Assembly: GCA_023705945.1 (NCBI GenBank) | Contig: BPTM01000222.1 | Coordinates: 1 to 9,863 of the forward strand | Length of the DNA stretch: 9,863 nt | Source: Candidatus Heimdallarchaeota archaeon | GTDB lineage: Archaea > Asgardarchaeota > Heimdallarchaeia > Heimdallarchaeales > Heimdallarchaeaceae | Direction: 5' to 3' | Shown here: positions 1 to 9,863 of the stretch, piece after piece | Numbering within the stretch: the stretch's first letter is position 1 | How the letters are laid out: every line of letters starts with the position of its first letter | The notes under the pieces: model-generated | The model's input: the letters and a program-made list of their open reading frames with translations, nothing else | What the model was told of the DNA's origin: nothing | Database searches by the model: none | Translations under genes and position numbers: made by a program

Positions 1-58
<58 letters not shown>

Positions 59-60
59 GG

Positions 61-66
61 TTTTTT
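61..66 (+). terminator. Oligo-T tract (T6) directly after the 5S-like fragment. Candidate archaeal intrinsic termination signal.
   Basis: TTTTTT at 61-66, with a further T6 tract at 86-91. Archaeal RNA polymerase terminates at oligo-T runs. The inference rests on sequence context only. Confidence 0.3.
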
Positions 67-158
67 ACGTTTACCTTACAAATTCTTTTTTGAATCAGCT
101 TACATTTCTTTATCCATTACTCACTAAACGATTTTTGACTACTTTTCCTTCATTTTAA

Positions 159-578
<420 letters not shown>

Positions 579-589
579 AACAAGTTCAA

Positions 590-1267
590 TCAGATTTTTT
601 TAAATTTCAGCGCACTTGGTTCATATATATCTCCATCATTTAGTAGATCATGGATGATTGATTCAACTGTTGCTTTATCCAATTTGGTTTTTTCTATAAT
701 TTCTTCCAGCTCCATCCCCTCTTCAGAATCTGCAATTAGAACCCATATTCTATCTTTTTGCTCTTGATTGTGTTCTGGAGCAGTTTGTACTTCCTTGGAT
801 ACAATTAGATTGTTCTTTGAATATCGTTTTATTTTTTTAGCACGTAGGTAAAGCTCTTTATTTGAATCTTCAATTATAATCACTGATTCGGGTAAGATGT
901 ACACTTCATCCTCACTTGTTCTAGGCTTTCCAATTAAATCAACATCATTACCAATAGTAAAACTGTTTAAGAATTCCGCAGTTTCTTCCCATGCTTTTAT
1001 TCTAACGGTTGCTGTTCCATCGTCTAAAGTTAGCGTTGTGAATGCTTTTTTAGTTCCATCACTTGCGCTATGATATTTATCTACTATCGTACCATTGATT
1101 CTTATCTTGTAGATTTTTTCGTTATTAGTGGTTATCAATACCCAACGACCAAACTCTCCTTCTTCTTTTATCAGATGGCCATCAACTACATCAATTACAT
1201 AAAGTAGTATTGGGGCTTTTTGTTCAAACATGCTCATTTTTGTCACTGTAACATTACTATTTTTCAC
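590..1267 (-). CDS. RPA32/RPA2 (Stn1)-type ssDNA-binding protein: one OB fold plus a C-terminal winged helix
   Basis: The OB-fold signature IRINGTIVDKY...(spacer)...TLTLDDGTATVRIKAWEE is typical of RPA2/Stn1 and the tRNA_anti-like OB class. The C-terminal ~55 aa (RIWVLIADSEEGMELEEIIEKTKLDKATVESIIHDLLNDGDIYEPSALKFKKI) align by eye with the human RPA32C winged helix (QVLNLIKAC..EGLNFQDL...[26 protein letters not shown]). The start is uncertain. Codon 1267 is GTG, and in-frame ATGs at 1237 and 1231 (MSMFEQK) are alternatives. Confidence 0.8.
   Translation of the reverse strand: MKNSNVTVTKMSMFEQKAPILLYVIDVVDGHLIKEEGEFGRWVLITTNNEKIYKIRINGTIVDKYHSASDGTKKAFTTLTLDDGTATVRIKAWEETAEFLNSFTIGNDVDLIGKPRTSEDEVYILPESVIIIEDSNKELYLRAKKIKRYSKNNLIVSKEVQTAPEHNQEQKDRIWVLIADSEEGMELEEIIEKTKLDKATVESIIHDLLNDGDIYEPSALKFKKI
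595..601 (+). terminator. Oligo-T tract (T7), candidate terminator for ORF 231-578, embedded in the last codons of the convergent gene
   Basis: TTTTTTT lies 17 nt downstream of the TGA at 576-578. On the minus strand the same bases encode the KFKK C-terminus of the 590-1267 gene. Confidence 0.3.
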
Positions 1268-1402
1268 TTTTCTTGGTTCAATCCAAAAATCTTTCTATTA
1301 CTAATTGTTGATGATTTAATCATTTTTCTAATATTTTAAGGCAGCACTTTATTACTTCAGAATCTGTTAGATTTGTCAATAAACAATGGGTTTTTTAAGT
1401 AA

Positions 1403-2731
<1,329 letters not shown>

Positions 2732-2832
2732 TTATATTCAAACTCTCCTCCTATTCTTTCATTAGAGGCATTAAGAAAAGAATTTTTATATATACAAACC
2801 TCCCCCAACCTACTATCGGTGCAAAGACTCTT

Positions 2833-3120
2833 ATGATCCTCACCGATGTTTCAAATGCATACTTGAATTATAATACTGATGACCGAGAACCTATAAGCGA
2901 AATTGGTTTAGCCTTAGCTATGCAATACCAAAATGATGGACATCTCATTAAGGGAAGTATGGGTCCGAAAATGGAAGCAGGAATCAGTTTTGTTAAGGAA
3001 ACACAAGGTGTTACAATCTTTACTAGTCCAGAAAATGCAATTGCTGCAATTCAAGGAAAATCAGGGACAAAAATTATCTCCAAATACCTCTTTTTTTCAC
3101 CTTTGACTAGACCATTATAA
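2833..3120 (+). pseudogene. arcC: Carbamate kinase C-terminal remnant (about the last 90 residues of a ~310-aa enzyme). A truncated gene, or possibly an expressed mini-ORF.
   Basis: (IGAKTL)MILTDVSNAYLNYNTDDREPISEI...YQNDGHLIKGSMGPKMEAGISFVKETQGVTIFTSPENAIAAIQGKSGTKIISK matches the carbamate kinase C-terminus, e.g. Enterococcus ...[20 protein letters not shown]...[21 protein letters not shown]...AIITSLEN...GT.V.K. In-frame similarity begins around nt 2815. An in-frame stop sits at 2722-2724, and the preceding gene ends at 2731, so the N-terminal ~210 aa with the catalytic and dimer core has no room here. Eleven unrelated residues are appended at the C-terminus. Confidence 0.7.
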
Positions 3121-3296
3121 ATTTAAACCAAGAAATGCTTTATTTCGCGCTCTTTTCCCCTTAAAACTCTCTGGCATACCAATTTCTTTTTATATGATAA
3201 ACTCTCAATTTTAATAGCGTACATTTAGGGGAAAACATCCGACTAAAAGCGTTAAATGGCAAAAAACTGATTCCAATTTTTGGAAACAAAATATAA

Positions 3297-8354
<5,058 letters not shown>

Positions 8355-8469
8355 TCATAAACACCTACGCTGTGTATGGTTGACGCACACTCTCTTTTAA
8401 AATGTTCTATATTACAAATTCGTAGAAGCACAACATTTATTATGTGCGTATTTTTTACACACTCTCAAG
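8355..8469. promoter_or_regulatory. Divergent promoter/operator region between the thioredoxin gene and the wHTH regulator gene
   Basis: TATA-like boxes occur at ttttaaaa 8395-8402 (palindromic, ~45 nt upstream of the trx GTG on the minus strand), tttattat 8436-8443 (~30 nt upstream of the regulator ATG, implying a near-leaderless mRNA) and tatatta 8408-8414. An inverted 7-mer, ACGCACA 8383-8389 / TGTGCGT 8443-8449, places each arm just promoter-proximal of one TATA box. There is a third GCACA at 8428-8432. A direct 9-mer CACACTCTC occurs at 8386-8394 and 8458-8466. Confidence 0.45.
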
Positions 8470-8856
8470 ATGCATCGTTGTTTAATTAATCTTCCAGAAG
8501 TCATAAACGAAGGTGGAAGATGCGACATTTTCGAATGTCTGTTTGGTTTAAAACCTTTACATGTAAAAATCTACTTTTATTCATTAAAGCAAAAAAGAAC
8601 CATAAAGGAAATAGCAGATTTCGTAGAAAGAGATCGTTCAACAGCCGTTAGGTTAGTTCAAAGACTTATTGGACAAGCATTAATTACAAAGGAAATTGAA
8701 ATGCTTCCAAATGGTGGAATGAGACACATTTATTCTTCAATTACTCAAGACATTCTAAAAAAAAGATTAAAAACAACCATTAAGCAAGTTGAACAATCAG
8801 TGGAATTACTAGTAAAAAGAGATTGGAGATTGATTCCAGACAGATTGGATGATTAA
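8470..8856 (+). CDS. Small winged-helix-turn-helix transcriptional regulator (TrmB/MarR/ArsR-like)
   Basis: FGLKPLHVKIYFYSLKQKRTIKEIADFVERDRSTAVRLVQRLIGQALITKE fits the TrmB/MarR-type wHTH pattern: helix, recognition helix with (S/T)xxxV..L..L, then a beta wing. A C-terminal coiled-coil-like helix follows (ILKKRLKTTIKQVEQSVELLVKR). The N-terminal 25 aa carry three Cys (C4, C18, C23). The subfamily is not resolvable by eye. Confidence 0.75.
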   Translation: MHRCLINLPEVINEGGRCDIFECLFGLKPLHVKIYFYSLKQKRTIKEIADFVERDRSTAVRLVQRLIGQALITKEIEMLPNGGMRHIYSSITQDILKKRLKTTIKQVEQSVELLVKRDWRLIPDRLDD

Positions 8857-8872
8857 AAGATATAGAAAAATA

Positions 8873-9493
8873 TTAGAAATCAAAATCCTCTAATTCATCC
8901 ATTGATCCCGTAAGTTTTTCAGTTACCTTTTTCTTCTTCTTGTCTCTGACAGTAGCAACAGCAGAAGAAAGTTCAGATATGAATTCTGTTGGAACAGTTC
9001 CTCTTGGTGCTTCATCCTCTTCAATAGGTTGAAAAGATTGAGGTTGTGCTGTTTCTTCTGGTTCAGTAGATTGAGGTTGTGCTGTTTCTTCTGGTTCAGT
9101 AGATTGAGGTTGTGCTGTTTCTTCTGGTTCAGTAGATTGAGAAAATGTTGGTTCTTGAATTGGTTCAGGATCTACTGAACTTCCATCTTGTTGATCAAAT
9201 CCTGATGTTATCCCTGATAAACCTGGGTGAGAAGTGGCTGCGGCTTCTTGATCTGTCTGTGAAGATCGATCTGGTACTAGACTTCCATCCTGTAATAATT
9301 TTACAATTTCTTTACATAATGTCTTATATGAAGGACTAATCTGATACATAAATCGAGGAAGATTCGTTTTGATTTGATTTAAGAAGTAAAGACCAGTATC
9401 GTAATCTTGAATGTAAAAAGCTTGAATTGCTTGAACTATCATTTGTTGAACAAGCTTGTCGGGTGGAACAGATGATTGAGGTTGGTTATACAT
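8873..9493 (-). CDS. Hypothetical acidic repeat protein: helical N-terminal domain, disordered Pro/Glu/Gln/Thr/Ser linker with 3x STEPEETAQPQ, lysine patch, acidic-aromatic C-terminal tip
   Basis: This is a 206-aa ORF with ATG at 9491-9493. A TATA-like ttttaaaa sits ~30-40 nt upstream on the minus strand (9523-9530 region). Residues ~10-75 look helical (KLVQQMIVQAIQAFYIQDYDTGLYFLNQI is TPR/MIT-like in pattern only). Residues ~76-165 are low-complexity and acidic. The C-terminus reads RDKKKKKVTEKLTGSMDELEDFDF. I recognise no family. Confidence 0.8.
   Translation of the reverse strand: MYNQPQSSVPPDKLVQQMIVQAIQAFYIQDYDTGLYFLNQIKTNLPRFMYQISPSYKTLCKEIVKLLQDGSLVPDRSSQTDQEAAATSHPGLSGITSGFDQQDGSSVDPEPIQEPTFSQSTEPEETAQPQSTEPEETAQPQSTEPEETAQPQSFQPIEEDEAPRGTVPTEFISELSSAVATVRDKKKKKVTEKLTGSMDELEDFDF
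9035..9141 (-). repeat. Perfect 33-bp tandem repeat, 3.2 copies, in frame within CDS 8873-9493 (11-aa unit STEPEETAQPQ)
   Basis: On the + strand, agattgaggttgtgctgtttcttctggttcagt begins at 9035, 9068 and 9101. A partial fourth copy (agattgag) begins at 9134. There are no mismatches across 107 nt. Confidence 0.95.
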
Positions 9494-9685
9494 AAGTTAC
9501 TCTAATTAGAATAAGGCGTGTATCTATTTTAAAATTATGGAAAAGGAAAAGGTTTTTTCTTCCCCAAAAACTGTGTTCCGTAGAATCCACTACTTTTATA
9601 TTATGAATTCAATTCCAAGACAAGAAGGAGACTGAAACAACTGGAACAAGATGAAACATTTTTCTTAAAAGCTAAGAAATATTTA

Positions 9686-9863
9686 GTGAATACTCTTTAC
9701 TTGAATGACCGTCAACGTTTGTCCTTAATTATGCTTGGAACCATTGGTGTCTTTCCCCTAGTTATCTTCATGTCATATGTAGGCCTTCATTTAGAAGATA
9801 TATATACAGCAGCTTGGTTAATTGCTCTGATTTTAGCATTTCGAAATATCTATCAAATTTTCT
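9686..9863 (+). CDS. Partial (5' end only) putative membrane protein running off the window edge
   Basis: The frame is open from 9584 to the window end and encodes ...KAKKYLVNTLYLNDRQRLSLIMLGTIGVFPLVIFMSYVGLHLEDIYTAAWLIALILAFRNIYQIF. That is two hydrophobic TM-like segments after a basic stretch. The start is unresolved: GTG 9686, TTG 9701/9719, ATG 9731, or ATG 9651 if a 1-nt frame change occurs in the T5 run at 9659-9663. Confidence 0.35.
   Translation, partial: MNTLYLNDRQRLSLIMLGTIGVFPLVIFMSYVGLHLEDIYTAAWLIALILAFRNIYQIF

Noticed and set aside
1311-1323. Palindrome atgatt-t-aatcat in the divergent region between the RPA2-like and methylthiotransferase genes
   Set aside because: It has 6-bp all-A/T-rich arms in a ~25% GC intergenic region and is not repeated elsewhere in the window, so it is expected by chance.
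2796-2812. Strong GGGGGAGGT Shine-Dalgarno-like sequence on the minus strand (complement of aaacctcccccaacc)
   Set aside because: No usable ORF follows on the minus strand, only TTG TAT ATA TAA. It is probably coincidental or part of the decayed carbamate kinase upstream sequence.
3194-3270. C/D-box sRNA-like elements in the gyrB upstream region (aTGATAa at 3194-3200, CTGA at 3267-3270)
   Set aside because: The C box is imperfect, no C'/D' boxes are evident, there is no terminal stem, and the 77-nt span is long for archaeal C/D sRNAs. The tttttatat at 3187-3195 is more simply a TATA-like promoter element.
9035-9141. 33-bp repeats as a possible mini-CRISPR array
   Set aside because: The copies are directly tandem with no spacers, lie in frame inside a long ORF, and encode a sensible low-complexity peptide repeat. 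No cas genes or leader are present.
9145-9339. Plus-strand ORF 9145-9339 (64 aa), antisense to the acidic repeat protein
   Set aside because: It is the shadow frame of the longer minus-strand ORF. It has no start context and a Leu-rich mirror composition.

Overview
The window is AT-rich and tightly packed, and it looks archaeal. The evidence is an archaeal/eukaryal-type (CDKAL1-like) methylthiotransferase, an RPA32/Stn1-type OB-fold plus winged-helix protein, a TrmB/MarR-like wHTH regulator, AT-rich TATA-like boxes, and oligo-T tracts after genes. I cannot assign a lineage without database searches. Most of the content is housekeeping. In order along the window: a 5S rRNA-like 5' half at the left edge; a small hypothetical protein; an RPA2-like ssDNA-binding protein (-); a radical-SAM tRNA methylthiotransferase (+); a C-terminal remnant of carbamate kinase (+); a gyrB-gyrA operon (+) encoding a true gyrase (GyrA box present); a thioredoxin (-) whose stop overlaps the gyrA stop; a small wHTH regulator (+) transcribed divergently from the thioredoxin; an acidic protein (-) with three nucleotide-perfect 33-bp in-frame repeats; and the start of a membrane protein running off the right edge. 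I found no CRISPR array, transposase, integrase, tRNA or recognisable defence, toxin or secretion module, and I cannot honestly claim a clear new multi-gene system. The items most worth a second look are: (1) the thioredoxin / Cys-bearing wHTH regulator pair, with a symmetric operator-like repeat architecture in its 115-bp intergenic region; (2) the orphan acidic repeat protein, with a helical head, a disordered repeat linker, a lysine patch and an acidic-aromatic C-terminal tip; (3) a gyrase whose quinolone-contact motifs are non-canonical in both subunits; (4) two gene remnants, the 5S half and the carbamate kinase C-terminus. All functional calls rest on motifs I recognised by eye in the supplied translations. 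No searches were run.
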